Part shown: one piece after another, positions 27,158-35,584 of the stretch
Numbering within the stretch: position 1 is the first letter of the stretch
How the letters are laid out: each line of letters begins with the position of its first letter
Assembly (NCBI GenBank): GCA_029548485.1
Contig: JAKPNH010000009.1
Location: 1 to 37,496 of the forward strand
Origin: a bacterium
GTDB lineage: Bacteria > Patescibacteriota > Minisyncoccia > UBA6257 > Colwellbacteraceae
Direction: 5' to 3'
Length of the DNA stretch: 37,496 nucleotides
Program-made: the position numbers and the translations under genes
The notes under the pieces: model-generated
The model's database searches: none
Told to the model about the DNA's origin: nothing
What the model saw: the letters and a program-made list of their open reading frames with translations, nothing else

Positions 27158-28507
27158 GTGCCTAAAACCTCAAAATTCAAAAAAACCGATTCCTACAAAG
27201 CTGTCCACTTCGTGGGCATCGGCGGCATCGGCATGAGCAGCCTCGCCTCCTGGTTTTTGGCCCAAAATTGGGCTGTAAGCGGCTCGGATATCCAAGATAG
27301 CCAAATACTCAAGAATTTGGCCAAAAAAGGCGCCAAGGTCAAAATTGGCCATAAATCTTCGAATATTCCGGTAAACGCTAGCCTTTTAATCCATTCGGCG
27401 GCTATTTTGAATCAAAACCCGGAAATAAAGGAAGCCAAGGCGAGAAACATGGAAATTTTGACTTACGCTCAAGCTTTGGGCCGGGTCGTTAACGATTACA
27501 AGACAATCGCTATCGCCGGAGCCCACGGCAAGAGCACGACCACGGCCATGGTCGCCAAGATCCTCATCGAAGCCGGATTTGATCCGACTCTGATCTTGGG
27601 AAGCAAAATCGACGGTTCGAATTTCAGGTTCGGCAAGAGCGATTACCTTATAGTCGAAGCCGACGAATACGACGGCTCGTTTTGGAACTACCATCCCTGG
27701 GCGGCTCTCGTCACCAACATCGATCTCGAACATTTGGATTTTTACAAAGACCTCGGAGCCATCAAAAAATCCTTCATCAAATTCTTGAATCAAGTCGACA
27801 AAGACGGATTCATCGTCTTGAACAAAGACAACGAAAACCTGGTTTCCATTTTACCGTCGCTCAAGAATACCCACGTCGCCTGGTATTCGCTTAAAGACAA
27901 GCGTCGTAAAACAATAAAGGATCTTTTAAAGGTTCCGGGGAAACACAACCTCTCGAACGCCTTGGGAGCAACGACCTTGGCTTTGAATCTCGGCATCGAC
28001 GAAAAAACGATTTTCAAGGCGCTTTCCGAATTCAAAGGCATCTGGCGCCGGCTCGAATACCGCGGCGAAACCAAATCAGGATTTAAGGTATTCGACGATT
28101 ACGCCCACCATCCGACCGAAATCAAAGCTTCGCTCCAGGCGCTCAAGGAAAAGTTTCCCGATTCCAATCTGGTCTGCGTTTTCCAGCCGCACCAGGCAAA
28201 ACGCCTGGAAGCGCTTTTCAAGGATTTCGCCAAAGCTTTCAATCAGGCGGACCATTTGATCCTTCTCGACGTCTACCAGGTCGTGGGTCGGGAAGAAACA
28301 TCGCAAAATGTTACTTCGGAAGATCTGGCCATGGCGGTCGCGAACAACAACAAGATCAAGGATACGAGCTATCTCCCCGATTCTCCCGAAAGAGCCGATA
28401 TCCTCAAAATCACCCTCGAAGAAATCAAGGAAGCCAAGAAAGACAACGTGGTCGTGATGATGGGCGCCGGGGATATTTTTACTTTGACGGACAAACTATT
28501 AAAATAA
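27158..28507 (+). CDS. murC: UDP-N-acetylmuramate--L-alanine ligase
   Basis: HFVGIGGIGMS, GAHGKSTTT, EADEYD, DDYAHHPTE, FQPH and MGAGD. Confidence 0.95.
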   Translation: MPKTSKFKKTDSYKAVHFVGIGGIGMSSLASWFLAQNWAVSGSDIQDSQILKNLAKKGAKVKIGHKSSNIPVNASLLIHSAAILNQNPEIKEAKARNMEILTYAQALGRVVNDYKTIAIAGAHGKSTTTAMVAKILIEAGFDPTLILGSKIDGSNFRFGKSDYLIVEADEYDGSFWNYHPWAALVTNIDLEHLDFYKDLGAIKKSFIKFLNQVDKDGFIVLNKDNENLVSILPSLKNTHVAWYSLKDKRRKTIKDLLKVPGKHNLSNALGATTLALNLGIDEKTIFKALSEFKGIWRRLEYRGETKSGFKVFDDYAHHPTEIKASLQALKEKFPDSNLVCVFQPHQAKRLEALFKDFAKAFNQADHLILLDVYQVVGREETSQNVTSEDLAMAVANNNKIKDTSYLPDSPERADILKITLEEIKEAKKDNVVVMMGAGDIFTLTDKLLK

Positions 28508-28511
28508 CCGA

Positions 28512-29270
28512 ATGTACTACTCGAACATCGACCAGTTCAAGGAAGCCAACGGCTACGGACTCGAAGACGTCTGGTATCCCCGAGTGACGAGCATCGTGAA
28601 CATCAAAGCCAAACCAGCGCTTTATCGGTATTACGCCGAGCTCGCCAATTTCAACGAAGGCGAAGCCATCAAGAAGCAATCGGCCGACGAAGGCACCCTG
28701 GTCCACGAAGCCATCGAAGACATCCTCCTGGGGCATTCCCCTTCTTCGGATCCGCGGGTAAAGCCCGCGGTCGACGCTTTTCTGAAATTCAACGAAGCCC
28801 GCCGCATCGTGGCTAACCCCGACTGGGTCGAACACAAGGTCATCAACCGCGATGACCGTTACGCCGGAACCGTCGACGCCTTGGCGACGATCGACGGAAA
28901 ATTCGGAGTTCTCGACATCAAAACTTCCCAGGCCATTTACCGCGACTACAATCTCCAAACCTCGGCCTATCTCGTTCCACTCCAAAAGGAAATGCGCGAT
29001 CTTTCGACGAGGTGGATTTTGAGGATCGATCAGAATCAGAAATGTTTGAAGTGCGGTGCCACGCGTCGCGTCAAAGGCGGCCGGGAAAAAATAAAAGGCC
29101 TGAACGGCCGGAATCCGGCTTTGTGCGAGCACGAATGGTCCGAAATACGAGGAGAGGTTGAACTTCAAGAATTCCCCTATTTTATCGACGATTATCAGGC
29201 ATTCCTCGGGGCTAAAAAACTCTGGGAATGGGAAAACGAATACTGGCTGAAACAAATCGGTTACCTCTAA
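28512..29270 (+). CDS. PD-(D/E)XK nuclease superfamily protein (RecB/Cas4/MGME1-like exonuclease)
   Basis: PRVT, GTLVH, E, AGTVD, DIKTS and QxxxY motifs, plus an inserted CLKC...CEH. Confidence 0.8.
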   Translation: MYYSNIDQFKEANGYGLEDVWYPRVTSIVNIKAKPALYRYYAELANFNEGEAIKKQSADEGTLVHEAIEDILLGHSPSSDPRVKPAVDAFLKFNEARRIVANPDWVEHKVINRDDRYAGTVDALATIDGKFGVLDIKTSQAIYRDYNLQTSAYLVPLQKEMRDLSTRWILRIDQNQKCLKCGATRRVKGGREKIKGLNGRNPALCEHEWSEIRGEVELQEFPYFIDDYQAFLGAKKLWEWENEYWLKQIGYL

Positions 29271-29430
29271 TTTGCCATTTGTATGACGATCGGATTCCGG
29301 CAAAAACTCTGTCCCGAAAAATACCCTAACCCGAAAACCAAACTCAAGATCAAAACCCCGACCAGAGCGAGGAAAATCCTTGTTTTTCCGTTTGACAGGT
29401 CCATAAATCCTATATTATCATTATTCCGTT

Positions 29431-29712
29431 ATGGCTCATACAAAGGCCCTCGGATCCACGAAGTTAGGACGGGATTCCGAGGCTAAAAGATTGGGAATAA
29501 AGAAGAACCACGGACAACCGGTCAAGCCCGGCCAGATTTTGCTCCGCCAAAGGGGAACCCGTTATATTCCGGGAGTGAACGTCTCGAGAGCCAAAGACGA
29601 CACCCTCTATTCCAAAATCGAGGGCGTGGTCCAGTATTCCAAAGGCAAAAAAACCCGTTTCAATTCCAAAGTAAGATACGCTACCTGGGTGAAGGTTCTG
29701 CCGAAATCCTAA
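29431..29712 (+). CDS. rpmA: 50S ribosomal protein L27
   Basis: MAHTKALGSTKLGRDSEAKRLG, RQRGT and DDTLY. TTGACA promoter element at 29392. Confidence 0.96.
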   Translation: MAHTKALGSTKLGRDSEAKRLGIKKNHGQPVKPGQILLRQRGTRYIPGVNVSRAKDDTLYSKIEGVVQYSKGKKTRFNSKVRYATWVKVLPKS

Positions 29713-30115
29713 CCTTTCCGGAAACGCCTTTATGCAAACTTATCTCGACCTCGAAAAGGCCGAGATTTTTTATCGGCTTCGGAAGCTTCACCTTGACGCC
29801 GACGAGTCCCCTTCTTCGGAGCTCCTGCTCGATGTCTTCGGGTTTGATCGAGGTGTAGATTTCCCCTTTGTCTCCGGTTTTCAGGTAGAATTTGATCGGT
29901 TCGCCGTCGGTCACGGATTTCAATCTGGCGACCAGTTCGTTTTCTTCGGTTGTGATCGCCTGCCTTTCTTTTTCTATTTTCCTAAGCTCCTCGGGGGTGG
30001 CCAAAACCGCCATTTTCTTCGGGAAAAGCATGTTCCGGGCATAGCCGTCGGAAACGTTCTTCACTTCGTGCCTGCGGCCGACATTCTTGATGTCTTCTAG
30101 AAGAATGACTTTCAT
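29681..30115 (-). CDS. rplI: 50S ribosomal protein L9
   Basis: MKVILLEDIKNVG and VSDGYARNML.P. Confidence 0.94.
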   Translation of the reverse strand: MKVILLEDIKNVGRRHEVKNVSDGYARNMLFPKKMAVLATPEELRKIEKERQAITTEENELVARLKSVTDGEPIKFYLKTGDKGEIYTSIKPEDIEQELRRRGLVGVKVKLPKPIKNLGLFEVEISLHKGVSGKVRISAEPSPR

Positions 30116-30124
30116 TTTCAAAAT

Positions 30125-31369
30125 TTAATTTACCGGCGCCGCGATCTCTGATTTTAGAACCTCGATCGCTTTATCGAGCTGCGGATCGCGGTCGTTTTCC
30201 AAGTCTTCGTCGGTGATTTCGACTTCGTAGTCCGGTTCGATGCCGTTGCCGTTCAAGATCAATCCATTGGGTGTCACCCAGCTGGCGATGGTGATTTTTA
30301 GAACCGATCCGTCTTTCAAGTCTTCGATCGTCTGCACCGATCCCTTGCCGAAGGTCTTTTCGCCGACGATCTTGACGCTGCGGTTGTCGCGGAGCGCGCC
30401 CGCTAAGATCTCCGAGGCCGAAGCCGAGCCGCTGTTCACGAGAACGACCGTCGGCATGTCTTGAAGGGCGGCGTTCCCCGAAGCCCGCCATACGTCCATG
30501 TCGCCGTTCGCGAATTTCTCGGAGACGACGGTTTGTCCCGGCTTCAAGAACCAACCGGCGATGTTCACGGCCACGTCAAGGTATCCGCCCGGATTATTCC
30601 TCAAGTCGAGAACGATTCCCTGGGCATCCTGGGGCACGGTTTCGAGGATGGCCCGGTAAAAAGCGATGGGCGCGTTCTGATTGAATCCGTAAAGCTCGAC
30701 GTGGACGATTTTGTCGTCGAGCCAGGACCATTCGAGCGTCGGCACCTCGATTATTTCCCTCGTGATCTCGAAATCCTTGGGTGCGGTGAACCCTTCGCGC
30801 ATTATGGAAAGAATTATTTTCGTGCCCGGATCTCCCCGGATAACCTTCACCGCCTCCATGACGTCCACGTCGGTCAATTCCGTGTCACCAGCCTTCAAGA
30901 CGATGTCTCCAGGCTTGATTCCGGCCCGTTCGGCCGGAGTCCCTTTGAGCGGCGCCACGACCACGACGTAATCTCCCTGATTTTCCAGTTCGGCTCCGAT
31001 GCCGCCGAAATTGCCGTTGACGTCCTCGGTGAATTTCTTGGCGTCTTCCGGATTCATGAAAACGGTGTAAGGATCGCCGAGGCTTTCGAGCATGCCGCTG
31101 ATCGCCCCGTAAACCAGATCCTGGTCCTTGATGTCTTTGGCTTTGACGTATTTGGATTTTATCTTGTCCCAGGCCTGCCAGAAAACCCCGAAATCGGCCG
31201 AAACCTCCTCGTTCGGATTGATGTCGGCCACGCCTTTGATTTCGATGATTTTCGTCTCCTCGAGGCCCTTGCGATAGCCGACGTAAAAAGAGCCGGCGGT
31301 CGAAACCGCAAGCGAAAAAGCGATAACGGCGACGATCAATATTTTCTTTTTCGGCAGCTGATTCATCAT
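30125..31369 (-). CDS. S41 family C-terminal processing protease with PDZ domain
   Basis: DPYT, GGIG, DLRNNPGG, SASASEI and TFGKGSVQ. Confidence 0.93.
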   Translation of the reverse strand: MMNQLPKKKILIVAVIAFSLAVSTAGSFYVGYRKGLEETKIIEIKGVADINPNEEVSADFGVFWQAWDKIKSKYVKAKDIKDQDLVYGAISGMLESLGDPYTVFMNPEDAKKFTEDVNGNFGGIGAELENQGDYVVVVAPLKGTPAERAGIKPGDIVLKAGDTELTDVDVMEAVKVIRGDPGTKIILSIMREGFTAPKDFEITREIIEVPTLEWSWLDDKIVHVELYGFNQNAPIAFYRAILETVPQDAQGIVLDLRNNPGGYLDVAVNIAGWFLKPGQTVVSEKFANGDMDVWRASGNAALQDMPTVVLVNSGSASASEILAGALRDNRSVKIVGEKTFGKGSVQTIEDLKDGSVLKITIASWVTPNGLILNGNGIEPDYEVEITDEDLENDRDPQLDKAIEVLKSEIAAPVN

Positions 31370-31379
31370 CAGGATTCTA

Positions 31380-31943
31380 CTATTTTACTCCTCCAAAGTC
31401 TATTTCTGAAATCAAGCCGTAAACCGATCCTTTGCTAGACAATATCGACTCCATGAGATCCAGGGATTTGGCCCGGAAAACAAGGTCGATCTTGTTTTCG
31501 AGGGCCGGCAGCCGATCGAAATTCACGGGTTGAAATCTCGCCAAGGTGATATGCGGGGAAAATCCTTTATTTTCTAAATTTAGGCCGCGCTTTTCTAGAT
31601 TTTGGTCGAAAGACTTTTTGACGTTCTCGAGGTCTTTTGATTCGACTTCAAGCCAGATCATTCTCGCTTCTTTTCCGTGAATCGGCCCGAAGATCATTTT
31701 CCGGAGTTTTATTTCCGGTTCGGCAAAAGCAGACGCGGTTTCTTCGATCGCCTCCTTGATAAGCCCGATCTCCGCCTCGCTCCTGTTCCCGAAAAATCCC
31801 ATGGTGATATGCCAGTTTTCCCGGTCCAAAATCCTCGGGGTGATAATCCCCCTCCATGAAGGTTCGGCTTCGAACAAAACCGCTTCGATTTCCGCTCTTA
31901 TTTCCGAAGGAAGATTGATAGCCGCGAAGACTCTTTTATCCAT
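31380..31943 (-). CDS. thpR: RNA 2',3'-cyclic phosphodiesterase (2H family)
   Basis: MDKRVFAAI start and two HxT motifs (HITM, PHITLAR). Start reassigned to ATG 31943. Confidence 0.9.
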   Translation of the reverse strand: MDKRVFAAINLPSEIRAEIEAVLFEAEPSWRGIITPRILDRENWHITMGFFGNRSEAEIGLIKEAIEETASAFAEPEIKLRKMIFGPIHGKEARMIWLEVESKDLENVKKSFDQNLEKRGLNLENKGFSPHITLARFQPVNFDRLPALENKIDLVFRAKSLDLMESILSSKGSVYGLISEIDFGGVK

Positions 31944-31950
31944 CAGGAGT

Positions 31951-31960
31951 ATTATATAAT
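31951..31960. promoter_or_regulatory. Bidirectional overlapping -10 elements
   Basis: The perfect palindrome ATTATATAAT gives TATAAT on each strand, each 7 nt from an ATG. Confidence 0.65.
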
Positions 31961-31967
31961 GGAATCG

Positions 31968-32276
31968 ATGAAACCTGTCCGGAAAGCGGAAAAAAAGCGG
32001 GATTTCGCGGATTATTTCCGAAAAATGAAGGAAAGGGCCAAGGAATCCCGGGTTTACACCCGGCATCAGCTCACCGGGCTCGAGATTGCCGAGCTTCTTG
32101 ACGATAGAGCCCACAAATCCTTATATATCAAATTGGCGAAGGATTTTAACGAAGACCGGCTTTTGAGCCTCGCCAAATCGATCGCCGAGAAAAAGGACAT
32201 CAAGAACAAAGGGGCCTATTTCATGGCCATCTGGCAAAAAGAAAAAGACGATGAAGATAGTCACCGTAAAAGATAA
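31968..32276 (+). CDS. Hypothetical protein upstream of def
   Basis: Basic helical ORF overlapping the def start. ATG 31959 is an alternative start. Confidence 0.7.
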   Translation: MKPVRKAEKKRDFADYFRKMKERAKESRVYTRHQLTGLEIAELLDDRAHKSLYIKLAKDFNEDRLLSLAKSIAEKKDIKNKGAYFMAIWQKEKDDEDSHRKR

Positions 32277-32706
32277 GAAATCCGAAGCCAAGATCCTTCA
32301 CGGAAGGGTGCCGGATTTCGATTTTAAAAAAGCCGACAAGAAAAAGATCTCCGAGGTCGCCAAAAGGATGCGGAAGCTGATGCAGGAGAACAAAGGCGTC
32401 GGGCTTTCGGCAAACCAGATAGGATTGGACTGGCGGATGTTCGTCGCCCAGAACGAAGGCAAATTTTACGTCATTTTCAATCCGGAGATCACGAGCGCCT
32501 CGAAGCAGATGGACGAATGCGAAGAAGGATGTTTGAGCGTTCCCGAAATGGAAAAGAACATCAAGCGGCCTTACCAGGTGACGCTCGTCGGACAAGACAA
32601 AAACGGCAAAAAGCTAAAGATCAAAGCCTGGGGTTTGCTCGCGCGGATCTTCCAGCACGAAACCGATCATCTAAACGGCACATTGATCGCCGATCACAAA
32701 GATTAA
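32251..32706 (+). CDS. def: Peptide deformylase
   Basis: GVGLSANQ, EGCLS and QHETDHLNG. Confidence 0.96.
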   Translation: MKIVTVKDKKSEAKILHGRVPDFDFKKADKKKISEVAKRMRKLMQENKGVGLSANQIGLDWRMFVAQNEGKFYVIFNPEITSASKQMDECEEGCLSVPEMEKNIKRPYQVTLVGQDKNGKKLKIKAWGLLARIFQHETDHLNGTLIADHKD

Positions 32707-33564
32707 ATGAACAATTTTGTTTTCTTCGGCACGCCGGAATTCGCCGCCATCATTTTGAAGAACCTGATCAAATCCGGTTTTTTTCCGAAAGCAATAGTGG
32801 CGAATCCCGACAAGCCAGTCGGCCGGAAACGAATTGTCACTTCCCCGCCGACCAAAAAAGTCGTTCTCGATTCCAAAAAAGACATCGAGATTCTGCAACC
32901 AGAAAAAATCACCCCTGAGTTTTTGGAGACGCTGAAGTCTATTCCGGCGGATTTTTACCTTGTCGCCGCCTACGCCAAAATCCTGCCCCAGGGACTTATC
33001 GATATCCCCCACTTGGGCGTTATCGGCGTCCACCCGTCTTTGCTTCCGGAGCTTCGCGGCGCCTCTCCCATCCAAAGTGCGATTCTGGAAAGCAAAACGG
33101 AAACCGGCGTATCGCTTTTTATGATCGACGCCTTGATGGATCACGGCCCGGTTCTTTACCAGGAAAAACTCGCGATCGATCCGGACGATAACAGTGAAAC
33201 TTTAACCAAGAAACTCGCCGAACTTTCTTCAGAAATGCTCGTTAAAATATTGCCGAATTTCGTTGCCGGAAAGATCGTTCCCGAGAGCCAGGATGAAACC
33301 AAAGCAACTTTCACGGAAAAGTTCAAAACAGAAACGGCTTCTATCGAAGAAAAAGACTTGATCTCGGCCAAAGCCGGGGACGCGGAACTCACGAAAAAAC
33401 TCCACGATAAAATCCGGGCTTTTTACCCGGAACCCGGAGCTTGGACATTATCTCACGGAAAACGAATAAAACTTTTAAAGTCGAAAATCGACGAAGCTGG
33501 GAAATTAAAACTGGAAATCATCCAGATCGAAGGAGAAAGGCCCAAAGCAACGGACATTTCCTGA
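32707..33564 (+). CDS. fmt: Methionyl-tRNA formyltransferase
   Basis: FFGTPEFA, PDKPVGR, HPSLLP..RGASP and MDHG. Confidence 0.95.
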   Translation: MNNFVFFGTPEFAAIILKNLIKSGFFPKAIVANPDKPVGRKRIVTSPPTKKVVLDSKKDIEILQPEKITPEFLETLKSIPADFYLVAAYAKILPQGLIDIPHLGVIGVHPSLLPELRGASPIQSAILESKTETGVSLFMIDALMDHGPVLYQEKLAIDPDDNSETLTKKLAELSSEMLVKILPNFVAGKIVPESQDETKATFTEKFKTETASIEEKDLISAKAGDAELTKKLHDKIRAFYPEPGAWTLSHGKRIKLLKSKIDEAGKLKLEIIQIEGERPKATDIS

Positions 33565-33569
33565 TACCT

Positions 33570-33752
33570 TTATCCGTTTTGGCGTGTCTCTTTGTTTCTT
33601 AATAACGCTTTTAGTTTCAGAAGGTGGGATTTGGAATCGCGGCAGTTGCAATGCTTCGCGTGATCGGTATGCCATTCTATCTTTTCTTCGAGCGAGGCGT
33701 TTTTCGGCATGCGGTGTTTTTCGTGCCAAGCTTTATTGATGGTTCTTGCCAT
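33570..33752 (-). CDS. Small His/Cys-rich protein (60 aa)
   Basis: MARTINKAWHEKHRMPKNASLEEKIEWHTDHAKHCNCR. An extended -10 (TGTTAAAAT) lies 7 nt before ATG 33752. Confidence 0.7.
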   Translation of the reverse strand: MARTINKAWHEKHRMPKNASLEEKIEWHTDHAKHCNCRDSKSHLLKLKALLRNKETRQNG

Positions 33753-33800
33753 TTGAAATATTTTAACACATCGGCGACTTCGGATATCGACGGATAAGGA

Positions 33801-33826
33801 AAGACTCCGCCGAAGCGGAGTCTTTA
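33801..33826. terminator. Hairpin terminator for 33830..34417
   Basis: AAAGACTCCGC-cgaa-GCGGAGTCTTT. Confidence 0.75.
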
Positions 33827-33829
33827 ATG

Positions 33830-34417
33830 TTACAAAACAGCAATACCGGAGAAAAGACCGAGGCAGACATTCTTTAGGTAGGTTTCCGCTATCGGGGAGC
33901 CGGAAAGGAAAACGCTGTCGCCCTCGATCCTGAAACTCCACGGTTTCCCGTCGAGTCCGACAAGATTCCTGCAAACACACGCCCCGGAACTGTCTACCGA
34001 GGCGCCGAGCGTGCAATCGGCGCGTTGGTACAGCTTCTCCAAAGACATCTCGTCTGGAATTTTCCGGGACATGGCGGTCATGGTCAAAACAAGGCCCATT
34101 TCCCCGGCTATTTCCCTAATAAGCGGGGTGCAATGCCTAGGCGCGGACACTAAGATCAGATGATCGGCCCACTCCAGTGCTAGCCAGTCAAGTCCGGTAG
34201 AAATCGGGCTGGCGTCGCATTTATTTTCTTGGCACAACATCTCTTGAATATTAGAAATATCGCGCCACTGGAGGTATTTCCGAATCAACGATGAAAACCA
34301 AGATTCCTTATGCGCCGATAGCTTGGCGGCTTTCACCTCCAAGAAACGTCGGAGGAACTCCGACACTAACTTGGGCGGTACAAGAACGCCAGATATCGTA
34401 TAGATTCTGTTCGACAC
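33830..34417 (-). CDS. Hypothetical protein
   Basis: GTG start with a GAGGAGG SD, a TTGACA promoter and a downstream hairpin. Confidence 0.65.
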   Translation of the reverse strand: MSNRIYTISGVLVPPKLVSEFLRRFLEVKAAKLSAHKESWFSSLIRKYLQWRDISNIQEMLCQENKCDASPISTGLDWLALEWADHLILVSAPRHCTPLIREIAGEMGLVLTMTAMSRKIPDEMSLEKLYQRADCTLGASVDSSGACVCRNLVGLDGKPWSFRIEGDSVFLSGSPIAETYLKNVCLGLFSGIAVL

Positions 34418-34494
34418 TGTTTTTCTCCTCCTCTTTTCTATTCGTTTTCTAAAGAACTATATTATTACACCATATTTTGGACAAAATGTCAAAA

Positions 34495-34518
34495 AGGCCT
34501 ATTCCGTAGAATAGGCCT
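34495..34518. terminator. Hairpin terminator for 34531..34893
   Basis: AGGCCTATTC-cgta-GAATAGGCCT with a T run on the minus strand. Confidence 0.7.
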
Positions 34519-34530
34519 AACCGAACCTTA

Positions 34531-34893
34531 CTATTCGATGAATTCAGTGTGAATTCCCGCTTCTTTAGCGGCCGACATCAAAGTCCCGTCCGGAACGCCT
34601 TGCATACCCACTACGACGTCAAAACCTTGTCTGCAGGGCGCCAGAATCACCGCCTTGGTTTGAAGCTGATCGTCGAACTCGACTCCGTCAAGCCAAGTAA
34701 CGCTCGGATACGGGCTCCAAGAGCCATCGGGATTCTTGATTTCGATCTTTCTCGCGATGATCACTCGACCCTTATCCGCGTTTCCGTAGCGATGATGGCA
34801 TTCGAGCTCAATCACGTCTTTACTATCAAAACGCACGGTAATGGGGTCTTGCGGACAGCCTCTCATAATGTCCGTTGTTTGGACTTCTTTCAC
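34531..34893 (-). CDS. Hypothetical protein
   Basis: GTG start with a GGAGG SD, own promoter and hairpin. Confidence 0.65.
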   Translation of the reverse strand: MKEVQTTDIMRGCPQDPITVRFDSKDVIELECHHRYGNADKGRVIIARKIEIKNPDGSWSPYPSVTWLDGVEFDDQLQTKAVILAPCRQGFDVVVGMQGVPDGTLMSAAKEAGIHTEFIE

Positions 34894-34999
34894 TTCGTAT
34901 CCCCTCCAAAAAGAACGAATAATCTACTTATAAAACAGTCCTTATACAAAAGCAAACCTCTTTATTTTTATAGGTTTTCGGCCTATAATCTATCCGTAT

Positions 35000-35070
35000 T
35001 GCCGGATCGTCTAATGGTAGGACACATGCCTCTGGAGCATGGTATCTTGGTTCGAATCCAGGTCCGGCAG
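35000..35070 (+). tRNA. tRNA-Gln (anticodon CTG)
   Basis: Acceptor stem TGCCGGA/TCCGGCA, anticodon arm CATGC-CTCTGGA-GCATG, T-loop TTCGAAT. TATAAT at 34984. Confidence 0.96.
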
Positions 35071-35121
35071 CAGACAATATTTAGTATCCGAAGACCTAAT
35101 CGGTTTATATCTAGCTAATGA

Positions 35122-35583
35122 ATGAAAAAAACATCGATTGGAAGGCCATTCGTAAACATAGGAACAGAAAAATCATGTTTGTTTATTAGTCTGTCTAGTC
35201 AACTAATTAATATCCTTAGAAAAAATCCTTTTCTTTATTTTGCCACAGAAGAGAGCTTACTATGCGCAAACCAAGGATATTATGCTGCTGGTATATTAGC
35301 TTTCTCACAGCTATTAAATTGCTTAAACGAAAAAACTCCAAAAGAGAGACATAAAGTAGCCCACGAATTCCTTAAATATAAGCCGAAAAGGGAATACTAC
35401 GAAAAATTATTCAAGCTACTCGAGAACGCATCTGAATCTATCTATCTTAGAGAATTAAAGAAATCTAGAAAATCTGATGATGAATTTAATAGAGAAATAT
35501 TTAATTTATGGAAAGATTACACACAAAACGACCAAAACTTAGCGCCTGATTTAGATTTTGTTGGAGTTGAAATGAGTTCGTAA
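35122..35583 (+). CDS. Hypothetical protein with HEPN-like RxxxxH motif
   Basis: EESLLCANQGYYAAGI helix followed by RHKVAH. Confidence 0.5.
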   Translation: MKKTSIGRPFVNIGTEKSCLFISLSSQLINILRKNPFLYFATEESLLCANQGYYAAGILAFSQLLNCLNEKTPKERHKVAHEFLKYKPKREYYEKLFKLLENASESIYLRELKKSRKSDDEFNREIFNLWKDYTQNDQNLAPDLDFVGVEMSS

Positions 35584-35584
35584 G

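Noticed and set aside
28512-29270. Cas4 or a CRISPR system
   Set aside because: No repeat-spacer array or other cas genes were seen, and the Cys pattern differs from the Cas4 Fe-S arrangement.
29283-29486. 67-aa ORF upstream of rpmA
   Set aside because: It runs through the rpmA promoter and out of frame into rpmA, with no coding signals.
17318-31438. Long antisense ORFs (for example 17318..18448, 28479..29303, 30461..31438)
   Set aside because: They are shadows of well-supported genes on the other strand, as expected from codon bias.
25292-32114. Long N-terminal extensions in the ORF track for GT2 (25292) and thpR (32114), and likewise for scpA and the DD-carboxypeptidase
   Set aside because: Family homology and promoter or overlap geometry point to downstream ATGs, and the extensions overlap neighbouring genes or promoters.
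8001-35070. The two near-identical tRNA-Gln sequences in direct orientation as attL/attR of a 27-kb element
   Set aside because: Both are complete tRNAs with different anticodon arms, and the DNA between them is essential housekeeping genes.
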